From positions 1 to 64,000 of IMG/VR virus record IMGVR_UViG_3300043449_002710: a DNA stretch of 64,000 nucleotides; one strand, 5' to 3'. Below are positions 29,501-36,171 of the stretch, one piece after another. Position numbers and translations under genes: made by a program. The notes below the pieces were generated by a model. It was given only the letters and a program-made list of their open reading frames with translations, had not been told where the DNA came from and searched no databases. Each line of letters opens with the position of its first letter. Position 1 is the stretch's first letter.

Positions 29501-30859
29501 TATTCTAAAATATCCACGCTCGACAACACCTTCCAGCCGCGTTAAACCGGAAACTTGCTCAATATCTAATTTGGCTAGGTTCTTCGTAGATAGTGCCCCA
29601 GTTAATTCTTCGTGGCACTTGGCAATTTTTTTGCTGCTGTATTGTTCGCTACCCTTCAGATTCAGAGGTGGAAGCGGCGGTTGGAATAGACCCGTAAAGC
29701 TTTTTATAGCGAGCGAGGAGATCGTCGTAAACATCTTGTCCGAGGGCTTCGATGTAGGCTTGTGGGTTGGATACCATGCGGGCGTAACTTTCCCGGTCAT
29801 CGGTTTCCCATTGTCCGCTGAATTCTTTTTTGAATTCCTCGTCCAAGAGTCTATCGTATTTAGATTCATCTCTTGCCATACATCTCCTATGCTATCAAAG
29901 TTTATGCCGCTGTGCAACACGGGACTTGAGTCGTAACCAATTGGAACTAATTGTGTTTTATTTTCTACACGATTGGAGTCATCCGCCCAAACGGTATCCA
30001 TCGTTTTTTTGACAGTCTTCTCTAGCTCCTTCATGTCCATGGGCTTTTTATCCGCGCCCCGACCAAAGCGTTCGATCGATTCACCGACACTGTAATTAAA
30101 GCGGTGGCTGCCAGAGTAGTAGACGGATATCTCAGAGGGACGAGCCTGATTTAAATCGTGTGCTCTCGGGGATACCTTCCAGCTTGCATAATGGCCGGTG
30201 TAGGGCTTAGGACCATCGTAGACATGGACAATCCCTTCAAAGGTCTTCACACCCCATTCGGTTTTCCTTCGAGGCAAGACAAAATCGACTTTGCCATAGG
30301 GGGCGACCAATTCCTTGATCCGCTCCATGACCTTGATGGTATCCTCGTAACCCGTATCTTTGAGATCGATTCTTTTGACCACCTTGATTTTGGTCGGATC
30401 TAAAACCAAAAGCTGCTCTTCCCAAGCATGGATGACTTCGATGTCATCGAACACAGCGTCATAACCGAGATTACGCAGCGCCTTATTCCAGGCCCCTGCA
30501 CTTCGGTAGCCTTTCAAGATGAAATGATTCTTCATCAGCTCCCAAAACGAATCAATTGAGAGCGTGAATTCTTTCTCTGGGATTTCAATTTCAAGCTGCC
30601 TTAAGATTTCTTTAGCCTGATCCAAAGTCAATCGGCCCAAATCCAAGATTCGAAGCGATGGGTCAATCTCCACCTCAAACTTGTAGGGCATGACTTGCCA
30701 GAAGGGCGCAGGGTTGAAGTCACTAGGGAACAAATAGATCCCGGCAGGGTCTTGATGAAACCCCTTAGGATTGATTGTGACCTGGGGTACTTTGGAATAG
30801 TGGACCCAAATCTTATCGTTAGCGTGCTCTGAGAAGTCTGCAAAGGTGAGAGTAGCCAT
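23504..30859 (-). CDS. polyvalent protein, 2451 aa (multiple ART-like domains, two ParB-like, 2H phosphoesterase, GNAT, C-terminal NUDIX)
   Basis: PAGIYLF/PEGIYLF...G.D...DD units; LYRGI..IYWT..EREF; IYRGL..SSWT..ESEV; LFHGT; LSGNTRL and SDGHHRL; HITV twice; FRRQGLA; WGIPGG...ALKETEEEIG; AGGAG RBS. Confidence 0.88.
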   Translation of the reverse strand: MATLTFADFSEHANDKIWVHYSKVPQVTINPKGFHQDPAGIYLFPSDFNPAPFWQVMPYKFEVEIDPSLRILDLGRLTLDQAKEILRQLEIEIPEKEFTLSIDSFWELMKNHFILKGYRSAGAWNKALRNLGYDAVFDDIEVIHAWEEQLLVLDPTKIKVVKRIDLKDTGYEDTIKVMERIKELVAPYGKVDFVLPRRKTEWGVKTFEGIVHVYDGPKPYTGHYASWKVSPRAHDLNQARPSEISVYYSGSHRFNYSVGESIERFGRGADKKPMDMKELEKTVKKTMDTVWADDSNRVENKTQLVPIGYDSSPVLHSGINFDSIGDVWQEMNLNTIDSWTRNSKKNSADNGKPMTGKVTPAWYPTHKPTSKPSDKMFTTISSLAIKSFTGLFQPPLPPLNLKGSEQYSSKKIAKCHEELTGALSTKNLAKLDIEQVSGLTRLEGVVERGYFRIKLNKFQTPLRLFVFGKWIYRDTRGQQVNRFVLEKLVALKCRYDDTYEDFKAEITSNLIPVEAAFLGKLNEHFAAAMRDKKVQDLILSDTMNWQDLPDNLVNKEAQKEFVLDRAFQEDYPRWMQELEYSGEFDGDAVLLYRGISAESPDTIDFKKLGIYWTWDYHKADNYSGRNSHLPLWIVKARVPFQSINFGKTLRKLVWRGYDHFENEREFELKPRAKIEPIQILKPGETQLEIELPKQARADLEIEAAKKISPEEKLKNSPELLTFYYMADRQENEKQWLEEAKEEFENLDDETIDGDIELYFHQANWDYEEYLEELKKLSPEKRRQKRLAYFETQYIQQKEEDEDSSLVYFENPKILGRTTLYRFTPAKPDEVLKTGFKGKAPERLGLTHHEYAGHGDLAFAFEKKDIKTKKDIEEMSLKYGPNLFEFTVPYAVKAYHNTDYEDQVVFDVTTVQNLKLKKVLKDDLATSSQKNTAGIKDVDYPYFHVSNHPEIPSVHSESGRIYFDPEGIYLFKKGTYIDVSEWSAKKYRWDAKLKPGTKIKLLSGFTSTEKWEIWKKAGIKTGLDAFNAAKQRKDISEWNSFLENSGGNINDPTEEDIQKALGDGPSDYLWFTTLRSYFHDRKKFTQFWKDLGIDGIEDDQEIIYSGEPDQLIIFNPDVIEWGPREENEPDSKVYRLSLGAAAYEFTNWVNLTTKQIEQEWEWEVIKQVKKGWIPEYFEDIEDFKKSVNKSQAVTWTPDLDHQTRMRSHTDSIEELEELVSGYSFPRDVKRIVKGFENNDPIPYPIVLKTPEGYQVLSGNTRLDAAFILGVTPKVLLVDVSKKIKASKVEEATKEEIRDKYANTTSFLYYPVEMEGVDEAHITVKFFGEEPVTVDKIEEILKGKDLSPPTSFTWEPVEFDSKQNGKVRVLELKGLPSRIEDMHNALEVVRKDDYPTYRPHITVSDDIWERVKEEKLLPGDLRVKVLPLQFKDRDVLKKDWGSTKTLAASLPRYFHVTTEKAAKEILRNGFSHTRGAEWYDGKNRFSFSDDSILHDWFNYYHLFFELFSDEEVKELQKTLHDDDLSEQDRARFFRDVIKSHFGTDWTLMWVGRDKVYSGYGDTILEFFPTEKDIEIEDDGAGYTVFVRKEGKIPGSQFEILGKIPEDQDSDMDQGVPFSEIENEIILSSFNDLDNLDFFNPNKYNKGAVWTKNSNLIAKPSMNSSTKMLSMNTGLPTEISSKRSEPSIETCSLIQKNISKCTAKKITTSSSLVIESFYKGAVWTKKKNWLTKSSTKSLRNSQSLTPGISKKPFTDSNSLSSKQELFSSTGKPNTTLSSVVYATTATNKDNVLDNPKTHEEFKFENQITMRGDNDSIREGRAFVLLGDKPVGQLLYGAAWNKPGFLVSTDTYIEPEFRRQGLANALYVFVEKETGMKFAPNLSKSREGRLLWDQPNRPFGVQSSKSPTTREVAIDKIWPDKNNMEVAVDSLHKGMLAQTQDPIEVYPYKNKFVVSDGHHRLLQVIVNGDETVRVKVLPLDFKITTERLVKLQKGERYYGLDSSLENGWLIKRLSPTVQASFKEESSDYSDDIPSGEKEDINGISRHIINFFRSWDYWGNEKADQYSKYPEVEAFLSQYRPKAPVTIYRGLRASEGGHEGHLLRSLGLDTFEKKDVTYRDSRPSSWTTDLGWLKQSEFACDEICQKGLILEATVSPEQVLVDLNLIPEDLASLFDLRLEESEVILRPGSIPAKVIYLSEWKDGDRIHSSPAEDLVLELFHGTCNQNAASLLERGWNGKSPTGAHGGQSKYLYVTNEYDNALWFAQERGCNTVLKVKVKKSQLGVDPEDGIGPTVDDELNRETPAYLVVKTPLPAEAFSTADPFETLSSSEYEDEGHVGDFWGSQASGIMFRCQDDILLLKRSHWVMDPYTWGIPGGAVPVDPKGNPTDIKASALKETEEEIGMIPAYHDTGKKTVFQKGSFKYTTFLFEVAEKFNPILNNEHTDFAWVKIKEILGS
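25506..25703 (-). CDS. nested 65-aa gene (second of a nested pair), paralogue family G...YD.L
   Basis: Same shifted frame; leader TAAAGGCGCTGTATGGAC is identical to that of 25713..25922. Confidence 0.8.
   Translation of the reverse strand: MDEKEKLADQIIDKKLKELPEPDTRDFEKALHRLEQPEFKARIIQQHGQAEYDALVSGLRNHSNK
25713..25922 (-). CDS. nested 69-aa acidic gene, paralogue of 29649..29879
   Basis: YRDMLANPEKYIQMYGKENYD aligns with YARMVSNPQAYIEALGQDVYD; near-consensus promoter upstream. Confidence 0.85.
   Translation of the reverse strand: MDKKLKPHSEALDELLDKDVVDEYGLANRDILEEERAEYRDMLANPEKYIQMYGKENYDLVIAGHRELL
25934..25962 (-). promoter_or_regulatory. near-consensus sigma70 promoter embedded in the polyvalent CDS
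   Basis: TTGACT-N17-TATAAT, 11 nt upstream of the ATG at 25922. Confidence 0.85.
29649..29879 (-). CDS. nested 76-aa acidic gene
   Basis: AGGAG immediately upstream, own promoter, and paralogy to 25713..25922. Confidence 0.85.
   Translation of the reverse strand: MARDESKYDRLLDEEFKKEFSGQWETDDRESYARMVSNPQAYIEALGQDVYDDLLARYKKLYGSIPTAASTSESEG
29889..29917 (-). promoter_or_regulatory. internal sigma70-type promoter for nested gene 29649..29879
   Basis: TTGCAC-N17-TAGCAT with extended -10 TG. Confidence 0.7.
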
Positions 30860-30935
30860 CTCCTAAAAAATAACTCCAGGTGTTGGAATAAAATATGAAT
30901 ATAGCGGGGGCTTAACTACTGGCTTGGAGAAATTT

Positions 30936-31214
30936 ATGGAACGCACACTAGCTAACGTATTAGGTCAAAGAGTTGAACGTGAACGTCCTACTCGAATCAC
31001 AAAAGAAGAATTAAAATGCACAGTTGGATTTAATTCTTATTTAACCGTTTTTTCGATCCAATTAGTGCATCGATTTCCTGTCGTTACTGATTTAACTGGA
31101 ATTCCTTACGATGAAGTGCAAAAAATAGCTGATTTTTCTGCAGCAAGCTCTTTGATTGCTTTAGAAACTTGGGGGCGAGTGACTGAAGAGCAATACAAGC
31201 AGCAAGCAGCGTAA
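30936..31214 (+). CDS. hypothetical protein
   Basis: GGAG RBS; followed by a terminator. Confidence 0.65.
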   Translation: MERTLANVLGQRVERERPTRITKEELKCTVGFNSYLTVFSIQLVHRFPVVTDLTGIPYDEVQKIADFSAASSLIALETWGRVTEEQYKQQAA

Positions 31215-31218
31215 AATT

Positions 31219-31253
31219 TAGCGGAGATGGGAAACCGTCTCCGCTATTTTTTT
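31219..31253 (+). terminator. intrinsic terminator
   Basis: GCGGAGATGG-GAAA-CCGTCTCCGC followed by TATTTTTTT. Confidence 0.85.
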
Positions 31254-32020
31254 AATAGGGTCAGTATTAAAAGTTTTAACGCACACCAAAAACCAACTCT
31301 GCCTACCTGAATCAAATCCTCGCCGTGCGCGTAATCGAGCCAGTAGAGGCAAAAAAGGTTGACGTTTTGGTCAGGATAGCGGGGAAGTTTCCTTAGGTCC
31401 GTCTCAAACCCCATCTCTTTACTCTTAGAAGTCAGAACAAAACGTTTTTTATCAAATGTGTTTTTCCCAGAGAAATACTTTTCCACGTAGCGTTTGAAGA
31501 CTAGCTCCGCGATCTCCACATATTTTTTGGGGGGCTTAAGCTGATTGGCTTTGTCGCTCGGCCAAACCTGCGTGTAAAGATCCGTGAAGGTCCCAATGAT
31601 CGATGGCGTGGAGGAGATGTTGGTGTAATAATAAGAACCAAACTCTTTCCACTGGTAGTAACTCAGGTAGCTGTAAGGGATGCTTAAAAGATCCACCCCT
31701 TTGTTTTTGGTGATCAATACCAAACCAGCATGGATCACGACATCCGGTATGATTTGAAGAATGACGTTGTAAAAGAAACCGATGGCTTCATTTGTATTGT
31801 CATAGATCAAACAGATGTTTGCAGATTGAAAAAACTCGATCAGCTCAGTGCAAGAGATCTCGGGATCTAAAATACCGTAGGAGAGATTCCTTTTAGAAGA
31901 TTCGTTGATGTATTGTATTTCTTCTTTCAGCCAATTCAGTTCGGCTGATTTCATCCAGAGCCCCGGGCGGAATAAATAGTGTAGGGTGTAACCCTTGTAG
32001 CTTTTAGTTATCCGTTTCAC
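31244..32020 (-). CDS. conserved hypothetical protein, GNAT-like fold suspected
   Basis: RPGLW...VIHAGLVLI...LDY..GEDLIQVG pattern; overlaps the kinase stop. Confidence 0.6.
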   Translation of the reverse strand: MKRITKSYKGYTLHYLFRPGLWMKSAELNWLKEEIQYINESSKRNLSYGILDPEISCTELIEFFQSANICLIYDNTNEAIGFFYNVILQIIPDVVIHAGLVLITKNKGVDLLSIPYSYLSYYQWKEFGSYYYTNISSTPSIIGTFTDLYTQVWPSDKANQLKPPKKYVEIAELVFKRYVEKYFSGKNTFDKKRFVLTSKSKEMGFETDLRKLPRYPDQNVNLFCLYWLDYAHGEDLIQVGRVGFWCALKLLILTLLKK

Positions 32021-33188
32021 TCACCTGAAATAACAAGGGGCCGGTTGTGATTTTAATGATCGCACCGCCTTCAGGGTGATTTGCAAACTTCATTTTTTGA
32101 CCTCTTGCTTCCACAAGATTCTGAATCAGAAATAACCCAATTGAATTTCCCTGAGCCTTGGTGGTTTGAATCCATTTCCCAGAATTCAATTTTTGAATCT
32201 GCTCTTTTTGAAACCCATTTCCATTGTCTCGAATAAACAAACAACTGTCTTTAATACCGATCTCAATTCTGCTTGCCTTTATTTCCACGGCATTGATGAT
32301 CAGATTGTATAGAATTTTTGTGATCAAGTTTTTGTTTCCGACAACCACAGAATCCTTTTCAAGTACGATTTCCGCGCCTTGGAGCTGAGATCTCAATATG
32401 ATTTTTAAGCTCTCTAGAATCTCGGAGAGCTTAAAATTTTCGGTCGTATTGTATGGCTTACTCAGACGGTTGATCTCTTCGATATAGGCCAACAAAAACT
32501 TGGAATCTCGATATAAAATCTCTATCAATTTTTTATTGTTGTCGTTATTTTCTAATCTCTTTAACAAGAAAATGGCATTGATCGGTGAGGTTAAAAGATT
32601 TTTAAAGTCGTGAAGAATGAGACTAGAGTGACAACCGATGTCCAAGAATTTTTCTGCGAGCGCGTCTTTTTGCTTTCGGGTGATGCTAACAAAGTTGTAC
32701 CCGACAAAGGATAACAAGGTGGTGATAAGCACCCCGGCTGTGGCATCAAAGTGAAATTTACTAATAGCAGCAAGGTTAGTTGTTTCATAGACCGAAGCTG
32801 GGCTTAGAAAAATCATCGTAATCATTCCAGCCGCTGAGACGCCCATCGAAGGGTAAAAAACTTTTTTGGGGGCCATGAAAAAGATCCCAATCGGGATCAC
32901 AGCTTCCATGTAGGCCAAGTAGTAGCAAGGAAAATAATATTGACCGTGAATCGAATAAGCTGCAATCGTCAGTAAAAACCCCGGCAGATGCCATTGACGA
33001 TATTTTTTAAAATGGATTTGAACAATGATGACCAGACAAATGAACGCTGTTAAAACTCTCCCCAAAACATAAGAAAATCTCAAATAGTCTGGTAACTGGG
33101 GAGTATCCAAGAAAATCATGACCAGTGGTATGACAAGACCGAAATAAGTAACCGCTTTTAATGTTTTAGGTTCATAATCTAACATCAT
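32004..33188 (-). CDS. membrane sensor histidine kinase
   Basis: About 6 TM helices; H-box LHDFKN, N-box NLIINA, G1 DNGNG and G2 GNSIGL. Confidence 0.9.
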   Translation of the reverse strand: MMLDYEPKTLKAVTYFGLVIPLVMIFLDTPQLPDYLRFSYVLGRVLTAFICLVIIVQIHFKKYRQWHLPGFLLTIAAYSIHGQYYFPCYYLAYMEAVIPIGIFFMAPKKVFYPSMGVSAAGMITMIFLSPASVYETTNLAAISKFHFDATAGVLITTLLSFVGYNFVSITRKQKDALAEKFLDIGCHSSLILHDFKNLLTSPINAIFLLKRLENNDNNKKLIEILYRDSKFLLAYIEEINRLSKPYNTTENFKLSEILESLKIILRSQLQGAEIVLEKDSVVVGNKNLITKILYNLIINAVEIKASRIEIGIKDSCLFIRDNGNGFQKEQIQKLNSGKWIQTTKAQGNSIGLFLIQNLVEARGQKMKFANHPEGGAIIKITTGPLLFQVSETDN

Positions 33189-33239
33189 TTATATTTATAA
33201 AATACCTAACTTTATTACTCAAGAAAATTAAGGGAATTT

Positions 33240-33977
33240 ATGTTTTCTAGAAATTGGTTGTTTATTTCCGAGGCGACCCAAAAAACTCTTTCAGACCAGA
33301 TGGTTCTGATCGTGGGGACTGGGCTTGGCAGTAAAATAGCGGAGTTAGCTGTAAGAACAGGCTTTAAAAAATTCATTATTGCGGATGGGGATCAAGTAGA
33401 ATTGTCGAATTTAAACCGACAGAATTTCAATCTAGAATCCGTAGGGCAAAACAAAGCGGCGGCCACCAAAGAGGCCCTGCTGAAAATCAACCCAGACGCT
33501 CAGATTCTCGATTTGCCTGCTTTCTTCGACCAAGAGGATCTAGAGCGTTGGGTTCCGAGAGCCAACTTCGTTATCAACACGATTGACTTCGAAAACGACA
33601 GCTTCCGGCACTGCAGCCAGATTTGTCGTAAGTACGAAAAGATTGAACTCTTCCCTACCAATTTAGGCTTTGGGGGGTCTTTGGTCGCCTTCAATTCGAA
33701 GAGCCCTACTTTCAGTGAGTTCTTTAAGACCGAGGATTCCGTTGTCTTGAAAAAGAAGATTCTAGAGTATTTGATCCTCAACAAAAAGGCCCCGACCTAC
33801 ATGAAGGAGGCTTACTCTCGATACCTTCTTCAGAAAGTGGGTAAACCCGACCCACAACTTGGGATCGGCGCAGCCATGACCTCGGCTTTGACGGTAACCA
33901 CGATGGTCCGAGTTGTGTCTGGGGAAACCATTAAAACATTTCCCCAGGATTTTTATTACGTGGATGGCTCCTATTAG
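33240..33977 (+). CDS. ThiF/E1-like adenylyltransferase
   Basis: GTGLGS, DGDQVELSNLNRQ, GQNKA and INTID motifs; no C-terminal CxxC pair. Confidence 0.9.
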   Translation: MFSRNWLFISEATQKTLSDQMVLIVGTGLGSKIAELAVRTGFKKFIIADGDQVELSNLNRQNFNLESVGQNKAAATKEALLKINPDAQILDLPAFFDQEDLERWVPRANFVINTIDFENDSFRHCSQICRKYEKIELFPTNLGFGGSLVAFNSKSPTFSEFFKTEDSVVLKKKILEYLILNKKAPTYMKEAYSRYLLQKVGKPDPQLGIGAAMTSALTVTTMVRVVSGETIKTFPQDFYYVDGSY

Positions 33978-35227
33978 AGCAGCCCGATTTTAGTCAGGGT
34001 GTTCATCAATAGTGCATTCGATCCCACCGAAGAGATCTTGTAGGTGTAGTTATACATATTGCGGTAGGAGTAGCTTCTGCCCGCATAGGTGCCCACACCT
34101 CTGGCTTTTCGCACGTAAGCCATTTTGGCTGGGCCGATCTGCTTGTTGAACTCATCCATCATCCGAGAGGCTGCAGAATCCAAACCAGACGCCCGGCTCA
34201 CGCTCAAAGTGACGCTTTGGCCCGAGAAGGAGAAATCGAGTTCAGTTTCCAGAATGCTTTGAGCCTGAAGCGCATACCAGCCAGCGGCCAAAAGCACCAA
34301 AGGCTGAAAGTCATCTGGGCATTGATCCATAATGTAAGTCGTGGTCGGGTAGGAAAGATTCACCATCCGCAAGCCCTGCGAGATGTACTCCAAGAGATCG
34401 GAGTCTTCATACGCTTGAAGACGGCCCAAGCGCTTTTGAAACTTGTCGATTAGCATTCTGAGATAGGTGATCAGAGGCAAGATGTTGGTGGAAACGGCAA
34501 TCAGAATTTGAAACTGGGTGACTGGGATCGAGAACTCGGTTTCTTGAATCTTCCAAAGCGGAAGGTAGGCCGTATTCTTTTGGGTGACCCCCTGAGCCAC
34601 GTCTTTGTAGATGACATAGCTGTCGCCATCTCGCCCGATCTTTAATCCGCCTTGTAAGGGCCCTGGCGGCTGCGTGGAGTCGTAAAAATCCACGACCACA
34701 GGGTTATCCTCATTCCCGCGCACGATCATCTTAAAATCGACTCTGTAAGGGATGACCGACGAGCGGTACATGACGCGGACGGCATCGCCCGCCATCGTCA
34801 TATACTTGAGTTCTCTGCTCTGGCTTTGAGTGATGGCCGTATCCCTGACATCAAACTCTTCGACAAACGAGACTTGGAAATTCTCCGCCGTCAGCATGAC
34901 CCATTCGATTCGGTAGCGCGAATCGTTAGCTGAGAGGGGTTGGCCTTGCCCCTCGTTTCCATAGCGCTGGGGGGCCTGCTGAAAGTAAGAGAGCGGGGCA
35001 TCTTTAGGAACTAAGAAATCAGCAGCATAGTTGCCCGCACTTCTCAGAGTCCCAGTGCCTGTTTGAATTGGAGTGCCTTCCAAGTTGTAGATTGTGTAGG
35101 CCGGGTAGCTTGGGTCGATAGGAACAAGAGCCTCGGTCTTGGCTTCATCAGCAAAAAACCCCACACGAAACTGAGTGGTTTCGCCGCGAGTTAAAATCCT
35201 AGGTGTTTGTTGCGAATCGGTTGCCAT
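33974..35227 (-). CDS. putative virion neck/head-tail adaptor protein
   Basis: Beta-rich N-domain; C-terminal LRMLID...DSDLLEYI...FSFSGQSVTLSVSR resembles adaptor proteins (inference). Confidence 0.55.
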   Translation of the reverse strand: MATDSQQTPRILTRGETTQFRVGFFADEAKTEALVPIDPSYPAYTIYNLEGTPIQTGTGTLRSAGNYAADFLVPKDAPLSYFQQAPQRYGNEGQGQPLSANDSRYRIEWVMLTAENFQVSFVEEFDVRDTAITQSQSRELKYMTMAGDAVRVMYRSSVIPYRVDFKMIVRGNEDNPVVVDFYDSTQPPGPLQGGLKIGRDGDSYVIYKDVAQGVTQKNTAYLPLWKIQETEFSIPVTQFQILIAVSTNILPLITYLRMLIDKFQKRLGRLQAYEDSDLLEYISQGLRMVNLSYPTTTYIMDQCPDDFQPLVLLAAGWYALQAQSILETELDFSFSGQSVTLSVSRASGLDSAASRMMDEFNKQIGPAKMAYVRKARGVGTYAGRSYSYRNMYNYTYKISSVGSNALLMNTLTKIGLL

Positions 35228-35265
35228 GAGCCCCTCAAATTCTGTCGAATTAGTAAAAATCTTTC

Positions 35266-35997
35266 GTGTCTGACTCGTCTGCTTATATAAAAATAATCGA
35301 CAAGCTCGACCAGTACGAGGTTTTATCCGTATTGGAGCGCAAGGACTTGCTTTTGGATATCCAAAAGGTAGCCGAGCTGCATTTGGAACCCGAGGTTATT
35401 GAGCCTGATTCGGTTTGTCCGGTAACCAAGCAAGAGGTCATCATCCCGTGTCAGCTCACCCAATGCCGCTATTGGGTGGAACATCAGTGGACTAAAAACT
35501 GTGCTTTGAATTTTATGGCATCCCAAGAAGTCGATCAGCTCTCAGTTGAGCAAGTGAGCTTCTTGTATCGGAAGTCCGTGGAGCGAGTGAACTCCATCTA
35601 TAATCGCTCGTTCAAGGTCTTGCAGCGCCACTACTTGCGAGACATGCTTAGGAACAAAGGGGTGCCTCAGTTTTCTTTTGTTCCAGGGTTTTGTGTCTCT
35701 TGCCAAAGCAAACTCTGGGAAGAAGATCTAGCCGATGGGAACCTCAGGCTGACCGACCAATTCGGCTATTGCTCGGTGGAGTGCAAGAAACAGCTACCCC
35801 CGCAATACTTTGAGATCGAGCATTTCTTTCAAGCCGATTTTTATGAGATCGTTAAGCTCGGGTCGGAGCTTTTTAACTTTTACTATCTAGAAGACATCTT
35901 GGGATTTCAGCCCAACGTGCTACGCAATCGCTTAGAAAAACTTCGAGACTCTTCCGAATCTAACGACAATAAAAAGAAAAAAAAGAAAGCCTTTTAA
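35266..35997 (+). CDS. Cys-rich protein with a sigma-region-4-like HTH
   Basis: LSVEQVSFLYRKSVERVNSIYNRSFKVL; several CxxC and YCSVEC. Confidence 0.55.
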   Translation: MSDSSAYIKIIDKLDQYEVLSVLERKDLLLDIQKVAELHLEPEVIEPDSVCPVTKQEVIIPCQLTQCRYWVEHQWTKNCALNFMASQEVDQLSVEQVSFLYRKSVERVNSIYNRSFKVLQRHYLRDMLRNKGVPQFSFVPGFCVSCQSKLWEEDLADGNLRLTDQFGYCSVECKKQLPPQYFEIEHFFQADFYEIVKLGSELFNFYYLEDILGFQPNVLRNRLEKLRDSSESNDNKKKKKKAF

Positions 35998-36059
35998 GCC
36001 TGCACGTTTTTTATCAGCCAGTGCAAAGAGTCCCATTGTGCTGGGGTCATTTCCTGGTG

Positions 36060-36130
36060 ACTCGACGCAGTTAAGCCTTGTAAGGTAAGCTCGCTACGTT
36101 TTTAATGTCATCATTCTGAATCTTGGACAT
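36060..36130 (-). pseudogene. degenerate 5' fragment paralogous to 14749..15201
   Basis: Reads MSKIQNDDIKNVA then, after a 1-nt shift, ELTLQGLTAS; the intact gene reads MSKIQNEDIKSVTELQSQGLTAS. Confidence 0.7.
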
Positions 36131-36171
36131 AAGCTAATGCAAATACTTCAAACCCCTATTATTTTCATAGT

